This document shows, in pieces, positions 19,537 to 28,900 of a DNA stretch of 64,000 nucleotides. The DNA is from Chondrinema litorale. Lineage in GTDB: Bacteria; Bacteroidota; Bacteroidia; Cytophagales; Flammeovirgaceae. Within the stretch, counting starts at the first letter, position 1, and the number at the start of each line of letters is the position of its first letter. Made by a program: the position numbers and the translations under genes. The stretch spans positions 1,289,421-1,353,420 of the forward strand of contig NZ_CP111043.1 of NCBI RefSeq assembly GCF_026250525.1, written 5' to 3'. The notes beneath the pieces are model-generated. The model saw only the letters and a program-made list of their open reading frames with translations, did no database searches and was not told where the DNA came from.

Positions 19537-20003
19537 GCCTTTTCTGTGCTAAAAAAATTAAGTTTCAGTTATGTTACTCTTCTAGGTAACACGATTATTT
19601 GGAGGTAGGTGTTGAAGGCAAGGTATTGATGAGTGTAGTTGTTGTTAGAAAAAAAATTCTATGTCTTTAACTGGATTTTTTGCAAACTTGTTTTCAGAGT
19701 TCTTTCAATTAAGAGAAGGGCTGCGAGGTAGCTTGTTCCTGTATTAATAATTAAGTTTTTAACCAGATTGCACCTATATTTCAGGTTGCGCACTCGCTTT
19801 TTCCCCTGCAAATGCAAGGTGAGTAATTTATCTTCTTCAGGCATTGTATGAAGTTTTGAAAGTTGAAATTGTGAATTTGCATATAATTTAAAATTCAAAA
19901 AGCAATGAAACAAATTTAGCCCTACTCAAAAAGTAAAAATTAATGCACATTTCGAAAAATTCACTAATTAGAAATAATTATCTCCAATAACAAAGCAAAT
20001 ACA

Positions 20004-20666
20004 TCAATTAAATGCTTCAAGTTCTGTTTGTAAAACCTTTTTAGTTTCTTCACAATCTTCTATTCCTTTTTCGGCTGTTTTCATTGCAATTAAATAAGTG
20101 CCATACAAACTCTGGATAATATTTTTTAGCATCAACTTATCCATAAAGTCGTAATTACCATTTCGTATTTGCCGAGTGTCTACTTCATATATTAAAAAAT
20201 CGCTAAAGTATTTTTCCATAATATTATGCTGCCTGTAATAGTCTTGTTTAATTAACTCGTGTTGAGCGTAGTGTTTCTCTAGCATGAGTTTGAAATCGAA
20301 ATCATCAAACAGTTTTAGGTCTCCCGAATTAATTAAAGCTTTGTAAGTAGCATCATGAGGTCTAAAATTTACTATAAGCGCCATGTTAAATACTTTTCTC
20401 ATAATTGTATCTCGCCCAACTTTCTTACCATCTAAAAAGGGTGAAATTACATGGATGGTGTTCATCTTTCTATCAAAGTAATCTATATTATCGTGTAAGC
20501 CCTCAATCTCACTATCTAAATCCACGATTAGGCTTTGCAAATACTGTTTTTTCACTTTGTTATTTTTACTGTTTTCTGCCCACTGGTTTATGGCAAAAGC
20601 GATGGTAATACCAATAGTTACAATAATAATTTCTCCAACAGCATATTTCCAGTTAATCTTTTTCAT
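20004..20666 (-). CDS. membrane-anchored hypothetical protein
   Basis: Single N-terminal TM segment. 220 aa. Confidence 0.4.
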   Translation of the reverse strand: MKKINWKYAVGEIIIVTIGITIAFAINQWAENSKNNKVKKQYLQSLIVDLDSEIEGLHDNIDYFDRKMNTIHVISPFLDGKKVGRDTIMRKVFNMALIVNFRPHDATYKALINSGDLKLFDDFDFKLMLEKHYAQHELIKQDYYRQHNIMEKYFSDFLIYEVDTRQIRNGNYDFMDKLMLKNIIQSLYGTYLIAMKTAEKGIEDCEETKKVLQTELEAFN

Positions 20667-20957
20667 GCTTTCAGTTTTATTATTTGTAGACCTGCATATT
20701 GAATACTTACAAAAAGTAAATACTTATTTTAATAAATTTTGGAAACATTTTCCTCTTCAGGTGTGTATTGTTATGGGCTTTGGCATTTAGCCTCTCACAG
20801 GAAGAAATAGTACAGGTTTCCTTATTTATTTTCTTTCCCCAAAATTCTTTTCTGGAAATACTGAAAGATCAATACTTTCCCAGAAAGTTTTCATGGTATA
20901 ATGCTACTTTATATTAATAAAATTTTATTTTTAAAAGGACTAAAATAACATAAACTT

Positions 20958-22001
20958 ATGCGTATAGAGAGTGATTTAAAACTTGGTTTTAAAGATGTGA
21001 TGATAAGACCCAAGCGATCTACGCTAAAAAGTAGAAAACAAGTTTCTTTAGAAAGAGAATTTAAATTTCTACATAGTGGGCAAATTTGGAAGGGCATTCC
21101 TATTATAGCTGCTAATATGGATACTGTTGGCACTTTTGAAATGGCAAAAGCACTTGCCGAAAAAAAGCTTTTTACAGCTATACATAAGCATTATGAATTA
21201 AATGAATGGGAAAGTTTTTTTAAGGAAACTGTAAATGAAACAAGCAATTTTATAGCTGCAAGTATTGGCACCGTACAAAGAGACTCCGAAAAACTAGCCG
21301 CAATTGTAAAACTCAACCCAGCACTAAAGTTTATTTGTATTGATGTTGCCAACGGATACTCAGAACATTTTGTAGAATTTGTAAAGAAAACCAGAGAGCA
21401 ATATCCAGATAAGGTAATAATTGCAGGCAATGTAGTAACTGGCGAAATGGTAGAAGAGCTTTTACTCGCTGGAGCAGATATTATAAAAGTAGGTATTGGC
21501 CCGGGTTCGGTCTGTACTACCAGAGTAAAAACAGGTGTAGGTTACCCGCAACTTTCTGCCATTATCGAATGTGCCGATGCAGCACATGGTTTAGGCGGAC
21601 AAATTATTAGCGATGGTGGCTGTACTACTCCCGGAGATATTGCCAAAGCTTTTGGGGCCGGAGCCGATTTTGTAATGATTGGCGGTATGCTTGCCGGACA
21701 CACCGAAAGTGGTGGAGAGTTAATTGAAGAAGATGGCAAAAAATATAAGCAATTTTACGGGATGAGTTCTTCAACAGCTATGGAGAAACATTTTGGGGGT
21801 GTAGCTGAGTATCGTGCTAGTGAAGGCAAAACTGTAAAAGTGCCTTTTAAAGGAGATGTTGAGTATACCTTGCAAGATATTTTAGGTGGTATTCGCAGTA
21901 CTTGTACTTATGTTGGTGCTCCTCGCCTAAAAGAGCTTACCAAACGTACTACTTTTATAAGAGTGGTGGAGCAAGAAAACCGAGTATATAACAATAAGTA
22001 A
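20958..22001 (+). CDS. guaC: GMP reductase (IMPDH/GMPR family, no CBS insert)
   Basis: 347 aa. Catalytic loop [14 protein letters not shown]-barrel family signature. The length fits GMP reductase rather than IMPDH. Confidence 0.75.
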   Translation: MRIESDLKLGFKDVMIRPKRSTLKSRKQVSLEREFKFLHSGQIWKGIPIIAANMDTVGTFEMAKALAEKKLFTAIHKHYELNEWESFFKETVNETSNFIAASIGTVQRDSEKLAAIVKLNPALKFICIDVANGYSEHFVEFVKKTREQYPDKVIIAGNVVTGEMVEELLLAGADIIKVGIGPGSVCTTRVKTGVGYPQLSAIIECADAAHGLGGQIISDGGCTTPGDIAKAFGAGADFVMIGGMLAGHTESGGELIEEDGKKYKQFYGMSSSTAMEKHFGGVAEYRASEGKTVKVPFKGDVEYTLQDILGGIRSTCTYVGAPRLKELTKRTTFIRVVEQENRVYNNK

Positions 22002-22008
22002 TTTTATA

Positions 22009-22040
22009 AGCACTGAGTTATTCAGTGCTTTTCTTTTTCT
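22009..22040. terminator. bidirectional hairpin terminator between convergent guaC and the SRPBCC gene
   Basis: AGCACTGA-gttat-TCAGTGCT hairpin followed by TTTCTTTTT. Confidence 0.55.
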
Positions 22041-22462
22041 TCTAACAATGTTTTGAGGTTATTGAGAATCTTATTCCAAACCTGTTCTGTATAACCTTTA
22101 TCTTCTAAGTCTTGATTGTTATCTTCTTTCACATTTACCAAAATTCCGTTTAGCTCTTTAGTAAGCTCAATGGTAATTGTTTTAAAGTTATCTGAGGTAT
22201 CATTAGGTTTAGAAGAGAGACTATAGCGATTATACTGCAACATGTTTTCAGGAATCATTAAAAGTATCAATCCGTTTTCTTCAAAAGGTTTTCCGTCTAA
22301 CTCACCTACCCATTCTATTTTGCTACCTTCTTTCCAATTAGAGGTAATCTCAGTACCAAACATATATTTCTTAATTATTTTCGGGTTTATTAGAGCATCC
22401 CAAATTACTTCTACTGGTACATTTATTATTTTATTAATTTCTGCAATATGTTCTTTGTACAT
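22022..22462 (-). CDS. SRPBCC superfamily (AHSA1/Aha1-like) protein
   Basis: 146 aa. Sequence is typical of the activator-of-Hsp90-ATPase-homolog domain family. Confidence 0.5.
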   Translation of the reverse strand: MYKEHIAEINKIINVPVEVIWDALINPKIIKKYMFGTEITSNWKEGSKIEWVGELDGKPFEENGLILLMIPENMLQYNRYSLSSKPNDTSDNFKTITIELTKELNGILVNVKEDNNQDLEDKGYTEQVWNKILNNLKTLLEEKEKH

Positions 22463-22776
22463 GATAGTTGGTTCGATTTAGCTACAGCCTGAGTTAATAT
22501 ATTCTATGTTTTGAAAAACCAGATACAACAGCTTTTGTTCTGTACACTCTTATGGTTATCTAAAAAATCTTATTTTTTTTCTAAAATTTTAGATTTACAG
22601 CATAAATACGAATAAAAACCTCCAATTTTGAGCCTGATTCAGACATAATCGATTTATTAGATCATAATGCGAACTATTAAAATAATGCAATTATATTCTA
22701 AAAAACATTACATTATTCAATTCACTCGTTAAGTTCACAGAGCCATATTTAGGTATAACCTATCACCATACATGCT

Positions 22777-23157
22777 ATGAAACTATTTGTATTGTTTTTA
22801 CTGATTTCACTTTTCAACCTCCAAACAGAACCAGTTTGTACAGATATAAAAACAGGAACTTTCAAAATTAGCAATCAAGAAACGGGTACCCACATTATTA
22901 CAAGAACTAAGAATAAACAAGTTGAAGAACATCTAGAACGAAATGTAAAAGTGCGCTATAAAGTAAATTGGTTAGATAACTGTACTTATCAACTTTACGA
23001 CCGCAAAGTGCTTAAAGGGGATAAATATGGAGATAGTAAAAATGATACATTAACCGTGAACATCACAAACATTACTACTGAATTCTACGAAGTATTTATC
23101 TCGTCTAACTTCAGCGATTTTACAGTTAAAGCAAGGCTGGATATTGTGGAGCTTTAG
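22777..23157 (+). CDS. secreted hypothetical protein
   Basis: Signal peptide. 126 aa. Confidence 0.35.
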   Translation: MKLFVLFLLISLFNLQTEPVCTDIKTGTFKISNQETGTHIITRTKNKQVEEHLERNVKVRYKVNWLDNCTYQLYDRKVLKGDKYGDSKNDTLTVNITNITTEFYEVFISSNFSDFTVKARLDIVEL

Positions 23158-23206
23158 CATAAATGAGCATGTAACCAATACGAAATTACAGAACTCATAT
23201 TCCTCC

Positions 23207-23968
23207 TTAAACTGGTTCTAATATCCCTTTTATAAATTCACTGTAGGCATCACCCATTGGTAATTGATCATCCACTTTAATCTCTTTCCTAAAAGTGGTT
23301 TCCTCCTGCTGTTTTACTGGATTCCAACCTGGTTTTTCTACCGAATGCCAATAAAGCCCTATGCCTCTTTTTTGCCAAAGTGGAAGATTGTTAAAGTTAA
23401 TTCCATTTTGAAAAAGTAATTCATTTTTAAATGCAGTGGATTTGCCTTCTATGGTTTTGGTAGCTTCCTTCACAGATTTACCCTGCTCTCTCAACAACCA
23501 ATAGCAGTGTGCATTTAATGCATTTCTATGTGCATCTTCATTTCTCCATCTAAAATAATCGACAACTAATTTATCGCTAGGCAATTGAGAAAGTCGGCAA
23601 TCAAACACGCCCATATCATTTAGCAACAAAGAAAACTTAGCACTTGCCTCACCCGCCAAAATCGAATTTATTTTTCTGGTTTTACGGGCAAAAGCAGTTT
23701 CGTTAAGATCGAATAAGAGAGAAATCTCATCGCTTTGTGTGTATCCATAAATTACTTTAAAGCCACAATTCATTAAATGGCTAACAGTCTCCACCATTAT
23801 ATCTCTAAATCGCTCGTCGAATGGACGCTTAAAATTATGTTTCTCTTTAGTAAGGTGCGTAAAACCTCTTCCATCAATTCTTGCCACAATATACATATTC
23901 GGTGGCACACAAAAATCGTGGGCAGTTTCGTAAATGCGTAATTGCTTATCAAGCTCGTTAAACTTCAT
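23207..23968 (-). CDS. Thg1-like protein (tRNA-His guanylyltransferase family, 3'-5' nucleotidyltransferase)
   Basis: Aligns over its full length with remembered eukaryotic Thg1. Matches are VARIDGRGFTHL...KHNFKRPFD (Thg1 VVRLDGRNFHRF...KHNFAKPND), YGYTQSDEISLLF (YGQSDEYSFVF) and AFKNELLFQNGINFNNLPLWQKRGIGL ([28 protein letters not shown]). Confidence 0.8.
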   Translation of the reverse strand: MKFNELDKQLRIYETAHDFCVPPNMYIVARIDGRGFTHLTKEKHNFKRPFDERFRDIMVETVSHLMNCGFKVIYGYTQSDEISLLFDLNETAFARKTRKINSILAGEASAKFSLLLNDMGVFDCRLSQLPSDKLVVDYFRWRNEDAHRNALNAHCYWLLREQGKSVKEATKTIEGKSTAFKNELLFQNGINFNNLPLWQKRGIGLYWHSVEKPGWNPVKQQEETTFRKEIKVDDQLPMGDAYSEFIKGILEPV

Positions 23969-24404
23969 TTTGCCAGTTGCTAATTATAAATTTATTGTCT
24001 TTAATTTCTACAGAATACAGTTCATCAAAGCCTTCTTGGTAGGTGGGTAAAACTATTTTTTTATAGCAAGCTTTAACACCCACTTCCGGAATTCTTTGTT
24101 TTCCTGTACGCTGGTTATTTCTTTCTAGCGCATCATCTAAAGTACTCTTAAAATAATAACCTATTATTTTATACTTGCGAGCCCGAGCCTGATCGATAAA
24201 AAGCTTGCGATCTTCAATGGTTGGGCTAGTATTATCCACCACAAATTTTGAATGCGTCGCAAAACAGGTTTCTAAGAATAGATTTTGCTTATTGCGGGTA
24301 TTTAGCAAGTCGAGACTAATGCGAATATGAGTATTAAAGAAATACTCTTTGTAAAAGGTTGATTTGCCGCTTCCTTGAATTCCTGTGAAAATAATCGCTT
24401 CCAA
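23958..24404 (-). CDS. P-loop polynucleotide-kinase-like kinase (PNK/Clp1-type)
   Basis: Walker A GIQGSGKST. VVDNTSP motif resembles the PNKP kinase VIDNTNP. 148 aa. 11-nt overlap with the downstream Thg1-like gene. Confidence 0.6.
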   Translation of the reverse strand: MEAIIFTGIQGSGKSTFYKEYFFNTHIRISLDLLNTRNKQNLFLETCFATHSKFVVDNTSPTIEDRKLFIDQARARKYKIIGYYFKSTLDDALERNNQRTGKQRIPEVGVKACYKKIVLPTYQEGFDELYSVEIKDNKFIISNWQNEV

Positions 24405-24524
24405 TACTTAAATATTTACTTTTTTCTACTGCAACCAAATATAATTTTTAAGTGGCTATAATAAATAGAAGAAGTGCAGGTATAATAATTATTCACAAGT
24501 TTTTATTTAAAACAAATTGCACAT

Positions 24525-25232
24525 ATGAAAATATCTGTATCTCTCATCGCTTTATTGCTAGTGAGTTTGTATTCGCAGGCTCAATTTTTTGTTCAACAAT
24601 TACCACAAGACCAGATCTTAAATAACGATAAGGCCTATGTAGTTACCAATCAAGGTGACACAGTGAAAGGGGTAATTATTAATGGCTCTATTCTTAGAGA
24701 CTCTGTAAATGGCGATCTTCTTGAGGCTTTTACAATTAAAACAGATCAAGGAAAAATTAAATACAAGATGTTAGAAATTCAAACACTGGGTGTTATACCG
24801 GGTGTAGGAGCCAAACATAAAGACATGCCTCTATTAACTACTTTAAAAAAAGCTTCTGATACTACTTTTTTAAAAGCGGTAGAAACAGAATGGGTAATTT
24901 TTGAGCGTATATTATTACCAGGAAAAAGAGAAGTATACGACTTGGCTCAATTAGTGAACCCAGGATTCGACTCTAAAATTAAGGTATACACACGCCGTGA
25001 AGCTAACGACTCAGGAAATTTAAGTTTCGCTTCTATTAGCTTAACTGGTGGTGAAGACCTATCACACCTTGTATCTATAAATAATGAAAGACCTATACTA
25101 GTTACAAAAAGAAAATACCAGAAAGATGGTTATAATATGGTTTTTAAAGACTGCGACATGCTTAGCCAAGGCAAGTTAATGTGGAAAGAGTTTGCTAAGC
25201 ATATTTATGTATATGATACAAAATGTGAGTAG
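24525..25232 (+). CDS. secreted hypothetical protein
   Basis: Signal peptide. 235 aa. Confidence 0.4.
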   Translation: MKISVSLIALLLVSLYSQAQFFVQQLPQDQILNNDKAYVVTNQGDTVKGVIINGSILRDSVNGDLLEAFTIKTDQGKIKYKMLEIQTLGVIPGVGAKHKDMPLLTTLKKASDTTFLKAVETEWVIFERILLPGKREVYDLAQLVNPGFDSKIKVYTRREANDSGNLSFASISLTGGEDLSHLVSINNERPILVTKRKYQKDGYNMVFKDCDMLSQGKLMWKEFAKHIYVYDTKCE

Positions 25233-25234
25233 GC

Positions 25235-25870
25235 TTAGTCTTTTTTATTCTTGAGATAAGTATTAGCTAATCCACACAGCGCAGTAACTATTTTGCCATC
25301 TTCCCATTTGTGGAGATTAGAGCCTTGCCTAAATCCACATTGGGTTGTTTTTATATCTTCCAACCCATCTATTTCCATAAATACAATACCTTGCTTGCCC
25401 ATTGATCCATAAGTCATACAGCCATACTTACTACCATCACACATTTCTATACTTTTGATTTTTCCACTTCGCAAGTAGTTTTCTATAAAATCTCTCACAC
25501 AAGCAGCATCAACAATATCCAATTTATATCGCTGTTCAAGATTGTTGATAATAAATAAAGGACTATACGAATTTACATTTGTCAAAGTAGAAGAATATAA
25601 CATCACATCATCCGGATTAAACTTTACAGTATCTCTATAAAGATCTTTTATAAGTGTCTCTATTTTTTCTTCTAATGGTAGTTGATTAAAAAGCGCTGCT
25701 GCTTCAGCTCGGGCATCAATGGGTTTTGCGCTAGTAGAATCTGTATCTGCGTATTGTGCATAAGCAGATTGTAAAAAGATTAGATACGAAATGCTTAAAG
25801 TTAGTAAGATGCTAAAAAATGCCTTTTTCATTATTTCACAGTTAATTGGTAGAAAACCACAATTTAGCAT
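25235..25870 (-). CDS. secreted hypothetical protein
   Basis: Signal peptide (ISYLIFLQSAYAQ). 211 aa. Confidence 0.4.
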   Translation of the reverse strand: MLNCGFLPINCEIMKKAFFSILLTLSISYLIFLQSAYAQYADTDSTSAKPIDARAEAAALFNQLPLEEKIETLIKDLYRDTVKFNPDDVMLYSSTLTNVNSYSPLFIINNLEQRYKLDIVDAACVRDFIENYLRSGKIKSIEMCDGSKYGCMTYGSMGKQGIVFMEIDGLEDIKTTQCGFRQGSNLHKWEDGKIVTALCGLANTYLKNKKD

Positions 25871-25934
25871 CTAAAACAAAAAAAGCAAGAACAAATAAAA
25901 TGTTCTTGCCTTTAAACTTTTATACGTATTCAAT

Positions 25935-28900
25935 TTATTTCTTTTCTATTGCTTCTTTTATGCCTTTGAGGTTTTCTGTAAAGTATTCGAGTTGTTCCAA
26001 CAAAGCAGCCATTTGATTATTGCTACCATAGCCTTTTTGTTTCTGGTTTTTCATGAATACTTTTTTGATCTCTTCCCAACGGTTATGGGCAACTTCATCT
26101 AGCCAGTTCATCATGCCTTTAAATATTAGCATGTTGGCTTCTGCTCCAGAGGTAAGCGTTTGAGACTCATTTTCGTAATGAGAAAGCACCAATGTTTGCA
26201 ATTCTTTTTCATTCATTACCGGCATTACTTTCTCAGCCAATTTGTTCATGTTACGGTAAGAACCTTGCAATTTAAAGGCTGGCTCAGTACGGTATTCATC
26301 CGCCTGTGCTGCCGACTCAATGTATTTCAAGTTTACTTTAAGAATTGCATCACGTATTTTCAACAATTTAGAAAGTACGCTCACATACTCGTTGAGTTCG
26401 TCAGAGTCCATATTGGCTTCAAAGTCGAGACCTTCTCTATTGCCCGTTTCCGCATAGCGAATAACCGTGTGAATATCTTTACGGCTTCTTACTGCTAGTT
26501 TGGTTAATACCGGATTAGAAGTAAGCGCATTCTCGATATAACTCAATCTGAATTGCGATTCTGTATCGCCAATAATATCACCTAGATTGTAAGTATCGGC
26601 TCTGTTTGCCAACATATCTGGAATTCTAAACTTCTCGCCACTTTCTGTATAAGGGTTACCTGCCATTACCACACACACCCTTTTTCCTCTTAGATCATAA
26701 GTTTGCGGGACGCCTTTGTACACACCTTCAATCTTTCTTTGACCATCGCAAAGTGAGATAAATTTTTGTAAAAACTCTGGGTTACAGTGCTGTATATCAT
26801 CTAGATACACCATTACATTGTCGCCCATCTCAAATGCAAGGTTGAGCTTTTTTAGTTCTTCTCTGGCACTGGCATTTCCAGCATCGTCGGGATCGAGAGA
26901 AGTTACTTGGTGCCCAATTGCAGGCCCGTTTATCTTCATAAAAATCAAACCGATTCTGTTGGCGATGTACTCCATGAGTGTAGTTTTACCATAACCCGGA
27001 GGCGAAATTAAGAGCAACATACCCATTAAATCTGTCCGTTTGTTATGTCCCACTACACCAATTTGTTTGGCAAGGTTATCACCGATTAAAGGCAAATACA
27101 CTTGGTCTACCAACTGGTTTCTCACAAAAGAGCTCAACACCCTTGGCTTAAACTCATCTAACCTAATCTGCTGGCGGAATTTATCCACCATCGATTTTTT
27201 TAGCTCTTGAAATTTTGTATAAGCAGGCACAACTTTATTCTCGAACTTGCTGAGCCTTTGCATAAAGTTGTGGTAGTTAAGTGTATAACTTCCCTTCTCT
27301 ATAGAATTATGCTCACCACTTAAACCTTCAATTGCCTGTTCTACTTCCACATTCAAAACATTCGCATTATCGAATGAATTGGTGAAGAGTAACACTGCAG
27401 CTTCATTAATACTTGTAGCTACATTACTAATACCATCAAAAGTTTGGCCTTGCAACCAAGCTTTCAGCCAATCACAAATGAGTGTAAAGGCATCTTCTGG
27501 AATATCTTTTAATGAGGCAACAGAATGCTTATAAGTAGCCTCAGCATCTTTATCCTTTAGGTCTTTAGTGAAACCTTCACAAATAAATGCAGCTTCTCTA
27601 CTGATAGTAAATATATCATTTTCAGCTAGTTCTAAAGTAAGATAACTTGCTGCTTGTTTAGCAATACTAGCAGTAAACAATCCTGAACTTTCTACAAATG
27701 CAGTGATTTCAGTTGCTAAATCATCAATCAATTGTTGCTGATCTTCGCTATTCGGGAAAAGCTTTCTAATAACCGCTTGCCCACGAATTCGATGCAGAAG
27801 TAAAGCTTTGCTGTTATCGCCTTCTTTTAAATCTTCTGCAAACATCTGCCACCATAATGCAGCGCAAGCACGTACATCGGGCATAAACCTCAACAAATCA
27901 ATTCTACTTTCCAGATCGATGAGCTTTTGCAGTAAAATGGCTGCGTCGGCATCATGTACACCTTTTTGGTAACCCTCTTGATAGCGAGGTGCCATATAGG
28001 TTTGAATCTTTGAAGCCAGTTCTTTTACTGGTAAACCTGCTTGCTCGCTTAGTGCTTTATCTCGCTTAATTTGTTTTAAGTATTGATAAGCCAAGTACTC
28101 AGCCCTATACACATCACTGTTCTCAGAAACAATATCTTGAACCATAATAGCTGGCTGGAAATGGTTTCCAGACAAATCTGCTTTTTCAAAGAAATTAGTT
28201 CCCGAAAGATGGTAATACAAATCGCCATCGCGTTGTACCAAACTCACATCCAGCGACTGCACATTTACAGAGAATTTGTGTTTACCCAAGGTGATCACAT
28301 TTTCTCCATCAGCAAATAAATCTTGCCTATCTTTTAACTGTCTTACCGCCTCTTCTTTGGTTGAATTCAGTTTGCTTTGCAGGTCATCTGCCTTCACGTT
28401 ATCATCCAAAGATTGCAACTGCGTAATCATTTCTTGCACTTTGTGCACCATGATATCAGCCGCGAAATAGGCATTAATCTCGCTTACTTCTTTAAAAGAC
28501 TTTACCTTATGCTCAATGCTTTTGAGTATTCTATCAGCAGCACTTTGCAGTGAGGTTGCCTTCTTATTTCTCTGCTCAGTAAGACTCAGTTTTTTGCTTT
28601 CAAAAGCTTGATAAACTTCGTCTCGCTTGTCTGCAAGTTGTGGAATAAACTCATCGAAATCGGCAAATTTGCCTTCCAGTTCTTCGAGCTGTACCATCAA
28701 CCTAGTCATGTATTCTTCGCAGCGCTGAGGAGTGTCGCTTACATCCAGATAGTTAACTACCGATTGACTAATTAAACGCAATTGCGCAGCAAATTCGGCT
28801 TTTGCCTCAGTGCCTAACAGGTTTTTACGTACCTGTTTTAACTTGGCTTTTACTTGGTTAAGCGAAGCATAAATATCTGAAATATTATCGATGATGGCTG

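Noticed and set aside
19659-19913. An 84-aa minus-strand ORF
   Set aside because: It has no motif, sits in an intergenic gap with no ribosome-binding context, and has an odd composition. It is likely non-coding.
20700-20957. A possible purine riboswitch upstream of guaC
   Set aside because: I could not find the conserved guanine-riboswitch core elements (for example UUUCUACC, or the P1/P2/P3 junction signature) by eye.
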